Assembly: GCF_006345805.1 (NCBI RefSeq)
Contig: NC_043011.1
Coordinates: forward strand, 27,044,464-27,108,463
Source: Octopus sinensis
Taxonomy: Eukaryota
Length of the DNA: 64,000 nt
Direction of reading: 5' to 3'
Shown here: positions 41,991-55,825 of the stretch, in pieces
Position numbering within the stretch: the first letter of the stretch is position 1
Layout: each line of letters starts with the position of its first letter
Notes under the pieces: model-generated
The model's input: the letters and a program-made list of their open reading frames with translations, nothing else
The model's database searches: none
Told to the model about the DNA's origin: nothing
Made by a program: the position numbers and the translations under genes

Positions 41991-42961
41991 CGTTTGGTTT
42001 ATGATATTCAATTCTATAAGCTTTCTGTCAGTCGACATCTTTAGAATCTGTAGGCCCTTTTTTCCCCTTCTTTGTGATCCCTGATGTTGCAATAGCCCCA
42101 GACCCTGTGAGGAACAAACAAAATCGTATAAAAAATAACCTCTATAAAGACCAGATGTGATCCTCATCAGAATATTGTTCCCCATATCTAAGATGGTACT
42201 GCTACTACAGACATTTCGAGATCGAATCCAAATGAAAGCCCACTCAACTGATTGGCCTGAAGTTGCACATCAGCGAATCCCAACTTTTCCTTCTATCCTT
42301 CATATTCCTACCACAATGGCCGTGCTCGTTCCTCGGAACTTGTTGGTTTCGTGTCATCCACACCAGGCACTTCAAACTCACTCGTCTCTCTTCCTCTTCT
42401 TCTTCCTTCCGTTTCTCCCCATTCTCTTCCTGCTCCTGCTCCTCCTGCCCCTCCCCATTCTCTTCCTGTTCCTGTTCCTTCTGCTTCTCTCAACCATATT
42501 GCATCCAATCTACATACTTTCTGCCCACGTTTTCTTTCATTCGTTCCATTGAAACTGTTCAAAATAAATATCTACAACGTCCGTCTCCCCTGCCTCGGTT
42601 GGCTCGGTAGGGGCGCCGCATAGTGGGATTGAACCCGAAACCACGTGCTGCAAAGCGAACTTTTTAATCATACAGCCATGCCTGCTCCTGTATCATCCAG
42701 AAAAAAAAACCATGTTACATAATAGATTATCTTGCATTAAAGATCCCTTTGCACTATAAATTGCCAACGTTATTAATTAACGTTATATATTTATCACACA
42801 TGCCAGCCACACCTTAAACCCCAGCATCCACATACTCTGATGATGTATATCGACTCGGCTATGATTACCTAATTCGATATATTCTCTAGAGGAAATAGAA
42901 TCCAATGACGGAAACAACTAAAAGATAAAAAGACAAATGCACACACACACACACACACATC

Positions 42962-43070
<109 letters not shown>

Positions 43071-43585
43071 CACTCATACATATGCATGCGCGCATACATA
43101 CACACGTACTTGTACTTATACACGCTTACACAGACATATATACACATACACACACATACAGATACACACATACATGTGTATACACACACATGCATTTACT
43201 ACACACACACACACTTATATACATGCAGACATACATACACATGCATATATACACATACACACTCTCACACATAAATATACACACGCGCGCACACACACAC
43301 ATTGTTAGGGTTGTTTGCCCTTTTTTGTTGTTGCTTGGAATGATCTATATCTACCTGTCTCAACGCATCAAAACCTGTTGACAGTCGTTGTATGGTTCTC
43401 AGTCGACAAAAATCTCAACGACTTAAACGAGACGATTTTCTGCAGCAAACTCAATTACGATACAGACAGGAAAGTGTTTAGTCAACTAAGAATCGGAAAT
43501 GGAGGCTATTGTGTCCATCGTACTAACCAATTATACTACTTAAAATTCCAGACACGTTTCGCATTAAATCAATTACAACCCCCCC

Positions 43586-43616
<31 letters not shown>

Positions 43617-43621
43617 ATATA

Positions 43622-43671
<50 letters not shown>

Positions 43672-43772
43672 CACACACCTATAATATATATATATATATA
43701 TATATATTATATACACACATATATATATATATATAACAATAATATACATATATATATATATATATACATATA

Positions 43773-43807
<35 letters not shown>

Positions 43808-43835
43808 ATATATATAATATATTATATATATATAC

Positions 43836-43925
<90 letters not shown>

Positions 43926-43930
43926 CATAC

Positions 43931-43961
<31 letters not shown>

Positions 43962-43989
43962 ATATATATATACATCCATATATATATAT

Positions 43990-44025
<36 letters not shown>

Positions 44026-44043
44026 GATATATATACATATATA

Positions 44044-44092
<49 letters not shown>

Positions 44093-44104
44093 GGATATTT
44101 ATAC

Positions 44105-44290
44105 AAAAAAAACAAAACAAAACAGAAGACGAAGACGGGGTGTAAAACAACAAACAGATGTATTAGTTTAACGCTCGGGAAGTGAGGAAGTCTTTTAAGT
44201 TTCGAGCCTATGCTCCTCAACAGAAAGGAGCACAGAAATAAACAGAGAGAAAGGGAAAATAAAGAAAAGGGTTTAGTGGCTAGCGATATA
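44105..44290 (-). mobile_element. solo Penelope pLTR copy with hammerhead-like motif (44192-44227)
   Basis: Reverse-complement homolog of 23960-24130; core CUGUUGA. Confidence 0.75.
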
Positions 44291-44387
44291 TATATATATC
44301 TATATTAACATCCATCCATCAATCCATCCATCCATCCATCCATCCATCCATCCATCCATACATACATACATACATGCATACATACAT

Positions 44388-45245
44388 ATATCAGCATCTG
44401 CCCAAAAATGTCTACGAGTTATTACCTGCCCCTGAGGCATGATGTAGTTGCAGAGACTATCTAGAATGCTATTCGCAGGAAGGAGTGTCGTGACGTATAC
44501 AACAAAGGCATGTTTTAATCGGCAGCTATTTACACCTTTAAAAATAAGGAATACTGTAAAAACATCAGTTCGGTGCAAATATAACTGACCTGATATTTAA
44601 TTCTTTATTGCCCACAAGGGGCTAAACATAGAAGGGACAGACAAAGGGACTAAGTCGATTATATCGACCCCAGTGCGTAAGGATGGAAGGCAAAGTCGAC
44701 CTCGACGGAATTTGAACTCAGAACGTTAGCGACAGAAGAAATACTGCTAAGCATTTCGCCTGGCGTGCTAGCGTTATGCACTGTTGAAAAGTCAGCGGAT
44801 GTGAATGTACAACTAAAAGTCCAGGAAAAAGAGAATATTTATGGTGAATTAATGCGGAACTTACAGCTCTTGTACCCTGATTATGAATTCTCATTTTTAC
44901 GTATCATAATTAGTGCATTAGGTTATGTGCCAACAAATTCGCACAAAAACCTAAAAATACTCGGTTTCACAGAGAAAGAGCAAAAGAAACTATTGCGGAT
45001 TCTTCAAATCCAATCTGTTAGTGGCACGGTGAATAATTGTAAGACATTAAAAAAATTCACAATCAGAGATTCTTATGTGAATAGATGCACACTTGGGTGT
45101 ATACATCAACAATTCAATCAACACATCAATTCAACCACATATTTGCAAATACCGGGAATTCTCTTAACTCAAAAGGTCTGGTCACTTTGTTAGCAACTAG
45201 CTTGAACTCTCTGAAGAAGAAATTAAATAAAACTCAAAGAAAAAT
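44388..45245 (+). mobile_element. 5'-truncated RLE LINE flanked by (CATA)n and interrupted by a SINE A (about 44595-44775)
   Basis: [34 protein letters not shown], then ADVNVQLKVQEKENIYGELMRNLQLLYP...IIISALG...GTVNNCKT. Confidence 0.8.
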
Positions 45246-46831
45246 CATGCATACATACGTACGTACATATATTATCCAACAAGTATATCCTTTCGATAAC
45301 ATGGCAGGATGTGGCTTGAGTAGTTGGCAACATGAACGATAGGGCAGCAAATTAACTATCCTTTTCTACTCTAGGCACAAGGCCATAAATTTTTGGGGAG
45401 GGGACCAGTCGATTAGATCGACCCCAGTACGCAACTGGTACTTAATTTATCGACCCTGAAAGGATGAAAGGCAAAGTCGACCTCGGCGGAATTTGTACTC
45501 AGAACGTAAAGACAGATGAAGTACCTCTAAGCATTTCGCCCGGCCTGCTGACGTTTCTGCCAGCTCGCCGCCTTGGCAAACTAACTATCATGAAATCCCC
45601 GAACCAGGGTAGTTTAGTCGGTTTATATTAATGCTGAAGGAAATTTTGAATCATTCTGTAGAATGGTTCCTGATTTAGGCACAAAGCTAGAAATTTTCTG
45701 GAGAGTGGGGTTTGTCGATACTATCGACTTCAGTACTTAATCTGACACTTTATTTTATTGATCCCGGAGGACTGGAAGGCAAAGTTGGCCTCGGCGGGAT
45801 TTGAACTCAAATTCCGCAAAACAATTTTTTTTCTTGATGCTCTGACGATTCTATCACCACATCGTCTTCACCTTCTACAAATTATAAGTTTAATTTAGCA
45901 TCAGCCAAATTATGCCGATTTTAGTATTTTTTGTAGAATGTTGTTGATCACATAGAAAGTTGAATAAGGAAACTGGCTTTAATTTACGTCAAATGGGCAT
46001 AATTACTACAAAGGTTTACCTCTCTACCTGTAGATTTTGTCTTAACTTTTAGGAAAATCGATTTTTTTTAGGACTATTCCACTCTTTCCCGGAAATTCTC
46101 TGAAATCTTTGTAGAAAGAGCAGTACAATGCTAACATTAATTAGCGAATGCATATTTTTCGTTATTTTATTGCAATCTTAATCTCTCACTTTTAAACAAA
46201 CTCAAAGGTGATCCTTCTCCTATGTGGTCGTTTAGTATGCAAGAAATAGCAGGGATCACATTGGTCGCAAAAGTAATTTTTTCCCAACATTTTTGTGATT
46301 AAATAATCAAAAGCAACGAAAAAACAAAGCCGAGATGTATGAAATATCCGGTTCCAGCTCATTTTGTTTCTCATTAAATATTTATATGAATGTAATCTAA
46401 ACCAGCTGAAAGTTTCTTGTAGAAAATTTCATAAAAAAAAAAGACAACTATTATTCTGAAAGCTATGAGTACACAAAAAATTGAGGTGTATGAGTTACCC
46501 GAAAGAATAAAGCATTAAAAAGCTTAAAACATTACAACAATTCGATAAAAATATTTTTCGTGTTAATTCAAATAATATTAGAAGGAATTCAAATAAACAA
46601 ATGTAGGGTGAAACTAACGAATTTGTCTAACAACCCTATACACACGCGCACACACACACACACTCGCAAGTGTGTTTCTGTGTGTGTGTGTGCATACATT
46701 CACGCACATACACATACATCTATGCTACTATTTATATGCTAATTTTACAAGCTTACTTGTATACAACATTGTATGTCCATTTCCTTATTTTCTCGCCATT
46801 AATTTGGCAAGTACAGTGAAGTCTATAATAT

Positions 46832-46996
46832 GCTGAGGATCTCTGATAAGACCGAAACATTCCTGAGTTTTCTTCCCGTACATCCGGAAACTGTTTAAAG
46901 TAACATCAGCTATTGAAATAAGGTTCTCTATTTCCCCATCACAAATATTCCTAATTTGATTTCTGTTGTTCACTGCATTAAATATGACAACATTGA
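46832..46996 (-). pseudogene. exon-like 165-nt cassette (copy 2), product unknown
   Basis: Acceptor cttcttcAG; open frame NVVIFNAVNNRNQIRNICDGE...YGKKTQECFGLIRDPQ; the position aligned with copy 1's donor reads AT instead of GT. Confidence 0.3.
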
Positions 46997-47075
46997 CTGA
47001 AGAAGTTTAGTAGCCTGTCGTTCTAAATAAACTCCTCTATTGATCAACCGTTTTCTTTTTTTCTCTCATACATAC

Positions 47076-47239
47076 GCTGAGAAGGTGTAACAACAAAACG
47101 TGTGTAGAGTTTTCACCCGTACACTCCTGAACAGCTTAACGTAATGTCAAGTCATTGAGCTAATATTGTCATTTTCTCATCACATAAGTCTTTCCAATAT
47201 GATTTCTTCTGTCCGCTGCATTAAATACGTCAATATTAA
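47076..47239 (-). pseudogene. exon-like 164-nt cassette (copy 1), frameshifted
   Basis: ttttttaAG acceptor, ctcagc|GTATGT donor; aligns with 46832-46996. Confidence 0.3.
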
Positions 47240-47519
47240 CTTAAAAAACTTTCGTAGTATTTCATTCTAATCGCTTCTATTAATCGATCGATTTCTCCTC
47301 TTTGTGAGAGACATAATAGATAATGGAAATCTATAGATATTAGAATTTACGGTACTTTTCACCAACGACACCCAATACTGACTGTAAGCTTTAAGAGCAA
47401 TTTCAAACAATTTCAAATCAAAATTACATTATAAACGTGTTACTTTCCTTTTGCAGAAAATCCAATCAGATGAAATTACATTCCAGAATTCCTTTAATTT
47501 TTATTATTGAGCACTTATC

Positions 47520-49330
47520 TGACAAAATGCGCTGAAATACATATTCTGAGCTCTAGTCCCAACGACGTCAACTTCGTTTTTCATTCTTTCGGGGTCGATA
47601 ATTTAAACTATCATCCAAGAACTGGAGTCAGTAGCATCGATTAAATCCCTCCTCTCAAAACGGCGGGCCTTGTGCCTAAATTAGAAATCATTAAGCAATT
47701 CCTTAAGGTGGAGACCAGGAGGAGAATTATCGCGTTGGACAAAATGCCTAGCAGCGTATTTTCTGACCCTTTACTTTCTGAGCTGAAATCCTGTCGAGGT
47801 CATCTTTGCCCTTCATCCTTTCGGGGTTGATAAAATGAAGTACCAGTAAAAAACTGGAGAGTCGATGGCAACGATTAAATGCCTTCCTTCCAAGCTACAA
47901 GCCTTATGCCTATATTAGAGATTATTATTTAGTAAATATCGTGAGACAGTGAGTTGGCAAAACTATTCAAGTGATCGAAAAATACTTTCTAATATTTGAT
48001 CTTAGTCACGCCAGGCAAAATGCGTAGCGGCTTTTCGTCCGTTTTTACATTCTGAGTTCAAATTTTATCGGGGTCGACTTTGCCTTTCATCCTTTCGTGG
48101 TGGATAAAATTAGTACTAGTTGAGCACTGTGGACGATGTAATGGACTTACCTTATCCTATCCCCCAAACCTGCCGGCCATGTGTCAAAATTCGGAACCGA
48201 AATTTGATCTGGATTTGAAGGCGGTGAGTTGGCAGAATTGTTACTGCAAAATGCTTAGCGACATTTCGTCCGTCAATACGTTTGGGTTCAAATTTCGCCG
48301 GGGTCAGCTTTGCCTATTATCCTTTCGGAGTCGATAACATTACAACCAATTGAGCATTGGTGTCGATGTAATCGACTTGCCCACTCCTTTGAAATTGTTG
48401 GACTTGTGTCAAATTTTCAAAGCAGTATTTTATTTCAATTCAAATCCCGTCGAAATCATTCTTGCTTTTTTTTTCTATCCAAGGTAGATAATTTAAACCA
48501 CCTGTCAAATACTGGGCAGATTCAACCTGTTAAACCTTCCTCACAAGTTTCAGATTTTGTGTTTATGTTGCAAACAATTACGGCGGTAGGTCGATCCAAT
48601 CTCAAAAGCATCGGAAAAAAGCTTTGCAGTATTTATTCCAGCTCTGTATATTCTGAGTTCAAATCCTATCAAAGTGAGTTTTTTCTTGCATCGTTTCGAG
48701 GTCGGTAAAATAAAGTACCAGTTAAAAACTGGATTGATAGTACCGGCTATCGCTCTCCCTCCAAATTTCAGGCCTTGTGCCTAAGCTACAAACAATCATT
48801 AAGCCGATATTGCAAGGCAGTGGGTTAGCAAAACTAACAAAGCGTCGGACAAAATGATTTGTAGCATTTGTTCCGAGTTCAAATCTTGCTGAGGTCGATT
48901 CTGCCTTTACATCATATCGGGTCAATAAAATAAAGTATCAGTCATGCAATGAAGTCGATTTGATCGACTAACCCTTCACTAACCTCTAGTTAGAAATCAT
49001 TGGTGGCGAGCTGGCAGAATCGTTAGGTCGTCGTGAAAAATGCTCAACAGCATTTCTCCTAGCTTTGAACGTTCTGAGTTCAAATCCCGCCGGGGTTAGC
49101 TTTCATCCTTTCAGGCTCGTTAAAATAAATAGCAATCAAGTACTGGTTCGATGTATTCGACCAACCATCACTCGTTAAAATTATTAGCCTTGTGCCAAAA
49201 TTTGAAACAATTATTAAACTATTGTCATGGCGACGGATTGGTAGGATCAGTCGGAAATTAGGCAAAATGAATTGCAGTATTTAGTTACCTCTCTTTAAGT
49301 TCTTAATTTACATTCCATCTTTCATTTTTC
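47520..49330 (+). mobile_element. array of about 8-9 diverged head-to-tail SINE family A copies
   Basis: Recurring gagttcaaat...tttcatcctttcg...gataaaat...gccttgtgcc units. Confidence 0.8.
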
Positions 49331-49469
49331 GGCGGTAGATAAAAGGCCATTAGCCAAGTACTGGGGATAGATTCATTTAGCTGTAACCTCTACCCCTTAT
49401 AAGCGAGGACTTTTGTCTATACAAGAAATATATTTTATATATTTAAAAAATTTTATATTTTATCTAGCT

Positions 49470-49732
49470 TCAGCTCACGAGCTTTGGCCATGCTGGGGCA
49501 CCGCCATTTGGTGTTGCTACATAATTTTACTTCATGAATGCTTTTTAGGAATTGACATTTGGTGCAAGAGAGAATTTGATGCAGCTGCCCTCATCTGCAC
49601 CTCTTGCCGCGAAGTTGGTTCATCTGGGACACTTGACAGGAAGAGGTCGAGCTTTATTTTGAAGACACCTACATCCACCCCATGCAGGTCTCTCAGGTCC
49701 TTCGGGAGGATATTGAAGAGCTGTGGACCTCT
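49470..49732 (-). mobile_element. CR1-type LINE 3' fragment
   Basis: Reverse-complement homolog of 56900-57160 (shared translation CTSCREVGSSGTLDRKRSS). Confidence 0.8.
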
Positions 49733-51915
49733 AACTGATTTTGTTTTTGTTATTTTTGTTGTTTCTCCCCCCTTATAACCTCTAATTTGCTTCAGTATAT
49801 GTTAAATCGAATTGAGCTGCTTATTTAAATCCTAAAGTTTATATTTGCTTTGGGGGAGGGGAGGATTTTAAGCAAATTTTTGAGCGACGAAAATAACTAA
49901 TTTACTGTTTCTGACCTCGTTTCTTTACGTCCTGAGTTCAAATTCCTCCAGAGTCGTTGTTGCTTTTCCATTCCTTCGAGGTTGACAAAATATTTTATCT
50001 TTTAGATACTTGGTTTAGGAGCTCGATTTAATTGACTACAATCTGTCATCCAACATTAAGCTATTGGTAGAAATCGAGCATGTTATATTGCTCTGATTAG
50101 CAAGGATTCTAGAATTTCTAGGCAATTGAAGGATTTATGAAATTGGAAACTTATGACTTTCTAAGTAAATTGGCGAGGGACTGGAATCTGAAATAGATAT
50201 AACAGAAAACAAAGATGTAAGCCAAGAAAATTAGTCTCAGATGTAATCAATGATTGCATTGTAGTCCGACATTGCAAGCTAATGATGCTTTTACTCATTA
50301 CTCAATGTTCTTCGAGTTTATGCAGTGAACAATGTTTCTCATGGTGTTTATTTACAGCAATGTGATAAACTAGAGAGAAAAGAAGACACAGAGAGAGAGA
50401 GGGGGGGAGAGGGGAGATGGAGAGAGAGAAGAGAGAGAGAGAAAAGAGAAAGAGAGAGAAAAAGAGAGAATGTGATTTTTCCAGGGCGATGGAGGAAAAA
50501 CAATTTATAGCATCTTGTCTTAGATTATTTATTTAGACGAAGATGGCTCCTAAATGGATCATCTATTTGCAGGACCTTCATGTAACAGACACATTGCTAG
50601 TTCCCATTAACAAGTCAGAGTGTTGGAATTCAATATTAGCTAAAAACGAAACAGCCATAAAGTTATTCCTTTTTTTCTATTTGGGGATCCGTTTACATTC
50701 TGCATAATTCTTCAGCTAAAATATCCAACCACAAAAAAATCAGAAGCCACTGTTTTTATCATAATTCATTTTTTTAGGACGGCGGATCTCGAAGCAGCAG
50801 ATAGAGTTATAAAAAATAGCGGGTAAATATTGTGTTAAAAAACCCTGTTGTTAGAAAATGCCGAATTACACGTTATTGTTTATAGCTTTAAAGGCATCAA
50901 GCTGGCAGAATCGTTAGCACGCCGGTCAAAATGCTTAGCGACATTTCATCCGGCTCAATGTTCTGATTTCAAATTCCACCGAAGTCCACTTTGCCTCTCA
51001 TCCTTTCGGGGCCGATATATTAAGCACCTGTCATGTACTGGGGTTGATGTAATCGACCTACCCTACTCTCCAAAATTGTTGGCCTTGCCCCCAAATTTGA
51101 AACCGTTATTTATAGCTTTATCTGCTTTCTACTTCGAAATCCACAGTTAAAAAAAAAACGCAAAAAAAAAACAAAAGAAAATAAACAAACAATTATTTCG
51201 CATTCTGTCGAAGTATGTAAATTCTTATGACGTCCATCATGTTTATTTGCTAGCTTGAATATCTGTTCTGGTAAACTCAGTAAATACATAAAAAAAAAGC
51301 AAAAATAAAAACACCGAAACTAGGAATTCTATTTCGGTTTTGTATCTAGTTGAAGACAAGCACACAGATTAAATCACAAAAGTCCCGTCCAGTAGAACAT
51401 TGCGTAGGAATTATTGACGATGAGGATGTATTTGAAATTTTAAAGGATTGGGCAAAAGTCGAATAGCCAGATAGCTGGAATGAGGGCATGGAATCAGGTG
51501 ACGGAGCTTGAAAAAGAACTTAGAAACGTGTATTTGTTAATAAGGGGAAGGTTGAAACATGAAAGGAGGGACGAACTTGAGAAAATATATGGGGTAAATC
51601 TAGGGGACTATGTGATTTTTTCGTTGATATAGGAAAGAGGACAAGTAAGTGATGTTGACTGCTGGGGCAGTTAACATCACTTTCATTTCTCATTTTCACC
51701 CTTTTTCATCTCTATCATACGCTTATGTTTTAATTTTAAGTTTTGATGTTTTGTGTCCCCATTGTATTGTAATGTCCCCTCTATGTAAAAAACCTTTATG
51801 GTTTATAAAAAGCATCGGTTTTGCATCTAGTTTGCAAGATTCTTTATGTGAATTCGTGTGTTAAAACAAATTCTGTTGTCTGAAGAAAGTAATACTGTCT
51901 TAATGCTTTAATATG

Positions 51916-52109
51916 TAACACACTCACCGATTCAATTTCCACTCATTTATTTATATTTTTTCTTCCAAAATTTTCGTTGCTTTTGTAACCTTGCCAATCG
52001 ATGTCAATGGAAATCAACATCCATTGACAAGGTTTGCAAAAGCAACGAAAATTTTTCAAGAAAAAATATAAATAATAAATGAATAGAAATCGAACCGGTG
52101 AGTGTGTTA
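51916..52109. repeat. fold-back element with U3-A8 hammerhead-like motifs in both arms
   Basis: Imperfect arms around a central 10-bp hairpin tgtcaatgga/tccattgaca (52002-52029). Confidence 0.75.
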
Positions 52110-52507
52110 GATAATGAGGTATTAAGGCAGTATGACTCTCCCCAGATACAACAAAATAGGAATTCTATGTTTTTTCGTATATGTAATTCTTTTGTTTTTC
52201 TCTACTTCCGTTCCATTAAGCCGTCCTGGAATGATCCTAGTACAGTATTAGTTTTTCTAGGTGAGAAGGTTGCCAGCCCATTGTTCAACCTTTGTTTATT
52301 TTTGGAGAAAGAGACGGCGTGAGCTTTGTCCCTCCAACCTTCATGCTGCACAACAAAATCGATTATGAGGAAAAAAAAAAACTACTCGCCCTCTGTACAT
52401 GACTGGTATTCAGTTTATCAGTTCCGGAATGTGAAACTCAAAATCGACCACGACGGGATATAGCTTTACGCATAGACAGGAAAAAAAAAGAAAAGCAAAG
52501 CATTATA

Positions 52508-52724
52508 CGAAGGGGTGCTGAAAAGTTCCTGGCTTTAAGGGTGTCACGAAAGGCCTGGTTGGAGGCCCAAACTTCCGAGTTCCTTTATAAGGCTTAGAAA
52601 AATTTAAGGACCGCTGCAATAGGTGTATGAATCTGAGAGGGGAATCTGTTGAATAAAATCATAATTAACTGATTCTCCTGTATTTTCTTTTACCCAAAAC
52701 CAGGAACTTTTCAGCACTTCCTTG
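52508..52724. mobile_element. mariner MITE copy
   Basis: TA-cgaaggggtgctgaaaagttcc...ggaacttttcagcacttccttg-TA. Confidence 0.85.
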
Positions 52725-52995
52725 TATACCCAACACTCTCACAGCTTCACTAGTTCACCGTCTATCGACGATTACTCTCTTTTATAATCTATTTGTTTCA
52801 GTCATTGGACTGCAGCCATGCTGAGGTACCACCTTGGGGGACTTGAGTTGAACAGATCGATCCAGGCACTTCCTTTTTTTAAGACTGATACTTATTCTAT
52901 TGGTCTCTTTTCCTAATTCATAATTTATGTGAATGTAAACAATCTATTACCTATTGTCAAAGCGATGGCGAGGGAAAGCACAAACACACACACAT

Positions 52996-53029
<34 letters not shown>

Positions 53030-53709
53030 GCACACAAGTTTCTTATTTCTTTACTGCCCACAAGGGGCTACACACAGAGGAGACAAACGGATTAAGTCGA
53101 TTATATCGACCTTAGTGCGTAACTGGTACTTATTTAATCCGTCCCGAAAGATGAAAGGCAAAGTCGACCTCGGCGAAATTTGAACTCAGAACGTAGCGGC
53201 AGACGAAATACTGCTAAGCATTTCGCCCGGCGTGCTAACATTTCTGCCAGCTCACCACTCAAGTTTCTGTCTTGCAAGTTCACTCACAAGGCACTGGTCG
53301 GCCGGGAGCTTATAGTTGAACGCATTTACAAAAAATGCCGCACAGGGGAATTGAACCAGAAACTACGTGGCTGCAAAGCGAGCTTCTTAACCACACAGTC
53401 ATGCCTGTGTCTAGTACTAATTAAAATTTAAAAGAAGGAAAAAGGAAAGAAAAAAGTGCTGAAGAAATCCTCTGCGCCAAGAAGTACAGCTCAATTCAGT
53501 TCCAATTAGAGTTTATAATAATAAGAAACGAAAACAAAAACAAAACAAAAACCAGATGCCAAAAAGCAAAGCAAAAAACAAAACAAGCACAACAACAATA
53601 AAACCGAAAATGAAGAAAAATAAACAAACCAAATCATTGATAAGGCAAATGAAATTGTAATTGAAATTCGTTCAAACGTAAATTTAATAAACGGCATTAA
53701 TAGAGCATA

Positions 53710-55319
53710 CTACAAATTGCACGAGCACGCTAAAAATAGCCCCCGCATCAATAGCGAAAAGAATAGTAAATTGAAAAGCCAGACACGGTTTCAAACTTTG
53801 GGAAAATGTCCCTTAGTTATCCTCAGCGGGTCTTACTGACCCGAGGGTCATAGAAACTGCCCATCTCAACAGAGTGCGCGATGACTGTTTTTAATGCCGC
53901 GGAAAATTTATAAAGGTGATCGAAGTGAATAATAAATTATAAAAATATATATAAGGTTATTAATGCTTACAATAATATCAATTTAGGATCTTTTCAAATT
54001 TGTGGCCAGGACCCCAGATCTTTCTAGTTAACTAAATAATTTGAAACTTTGTGTACTCATAGAGTGGAACTAGTTTATTCGCCAGTTGGAACTAGTTTAT
54101 TTGAGAAAAATCTATTTTATGACTTTAATCGTAGATTAAAACTGCGAATTTTAACCAATGAGATTGCTTGTTTTCATATCTAAACGTTACTGCGATCTGT
54201 TAGTGTGACGTTGAAAGCAGTTTTGTGACGTCTGCTATTTCTAAAAAGCTTTGTGTGTGGTAAAGTAATTTTTTTACTTTACCATATTTTTATAAATTAT
54301 ATCGGAGAATCCATATTTTTATAACATATATCGGAGAATCCATGTGATTTTTCGTTGTTTTTCTTATACGTATGTGAATTATTTCTGAGTATGCATTGTC
54401 TGGGAGACTTTTCTTGCAGTTGAGAAATTTTTGGCTGCTATTTCTAAAAACTCGGTGTGTGGTAAGAATTTTTTTCTTTACCATATTTTTATAAATAATA
54501 TATATTATATATATATATATATTATATATATATATATATAATATATAATATATATATATAATTTTTACTCGGTATGTGTATATGTATGTGTGTGTGTGTG
54601 TGTAAGTATGTGTAAAAAATTACATTGAATCGGCCATACATACATACATACATACACATACACAGATACATACACACATACATTCAGGCATATACACATA
54701 CACCGAGTAAAAATTTCAGTTATCTCTCTCTTTCACACCTTACTCTTACTACTCTCTCTGTCTCTTCACACACACTAACAGAAGCACTTCACTTACACAA
54801 CATACTGTCTCCCACACCCCATCAAACACACACACACACACATGTACATCATGCTTCCCCTAGACGGTAACTTCAAAGACAAACTTTTGTTATTAGAAGG
54901 TGGCTGACTATAGCTTGTTTACATTTAAGATGTTTAATACGTCACGAATTGGTGGTCGAGACGGAGTAAATAAAATAAAGCCGAATGACGGAATATCATT
55001 GGTTAAAATTCTATTATTAAACAACGTTAAACTTAGAAGTTACAATTCCGTTTTCATTCTGGTTTACAATTAAGTTTACTTTTGACACTTTACCAGTATA
55101 CGAAGTTTCAAATTGTTTGGTTCAGTAGGAAAAATTTGAAAAAACTGGCTTCAGAATAGAAAAGATCATCAATTTACGATTCTTTTCGTTATTTGTACGG
55201 GGGGGGGAGGGCTTAGAATTTCTGCTCATTCCCCCGATTTCAATTAATGTGTATTAGTGAAAATTCGTGGTTGTAGTTATCTCCTGGCTGCTATTTTCGC
55301 GTGCTGGTGCCACTTGTGG
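53710..55319. mobile_element. 1.6-kb non-autonomous DNA-transposon relic
   Basis: 30-bp TIRs (53710-53739 and 55290-55319, 5 mismatches) plus sub-terminal inverted match 53738-53775 / 55165-55207; no ORF; TSD not resolved. Confidence 0.65.
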
Positions 55320-55825
55320 CACCCCTAATTATTAATTAATAGTTTTTTTTTTACCTTATAGTATTACCTTGATGGTTATTTATGCATGCTATACCACTTT
55401 ATATTGTGGAGGCGCAATGGCCCAATGGTTAGGATAGCGGACTCGCGGTTGTAGGATCGCGGTTTTGATTCTCAGACCTGGTTGTGAGTGTTTATTGTTT
55501 TTGTATACATTCGCTGCTTTCTTCCAAGGAATCTAATGCTCTGAGCTTAGTTTTTCCTTGGGGCTGGCCAGATTGGAGCAATCTCAAGAATAATCAGCCG
55601 AAATTGCGAGGATAATCTGGTGTTTGACTGAAGAAAGATAACTTCGAATGACCCGTCCTTGTTTTCTTTGTATGGTCTATCTGGATGTTTTGTTGTTCCT
55701 TTTTGTATCACCTAGCTGTCCGGATGTTTTGCGTTCTTGTTCCATTTTGTATTATATATATATATATATTACGGAGATGTACTCGCATAGCAAGTGATTT
55801 GATCTGAGATCGTGTGCTGAAACGA

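Noticed and set aside
42831-42905. CUGAUGA followed by a 9-bp hairpin and later GAAA
   Set aside because: Extra segment before GAAA and no stem I pairing; not a supportable hammerhead
55620-55665. CUGAAGA...CGAAU motif (related copy near 36300)
   Set aside because: GAAA is imperfect and no stem I partner was found
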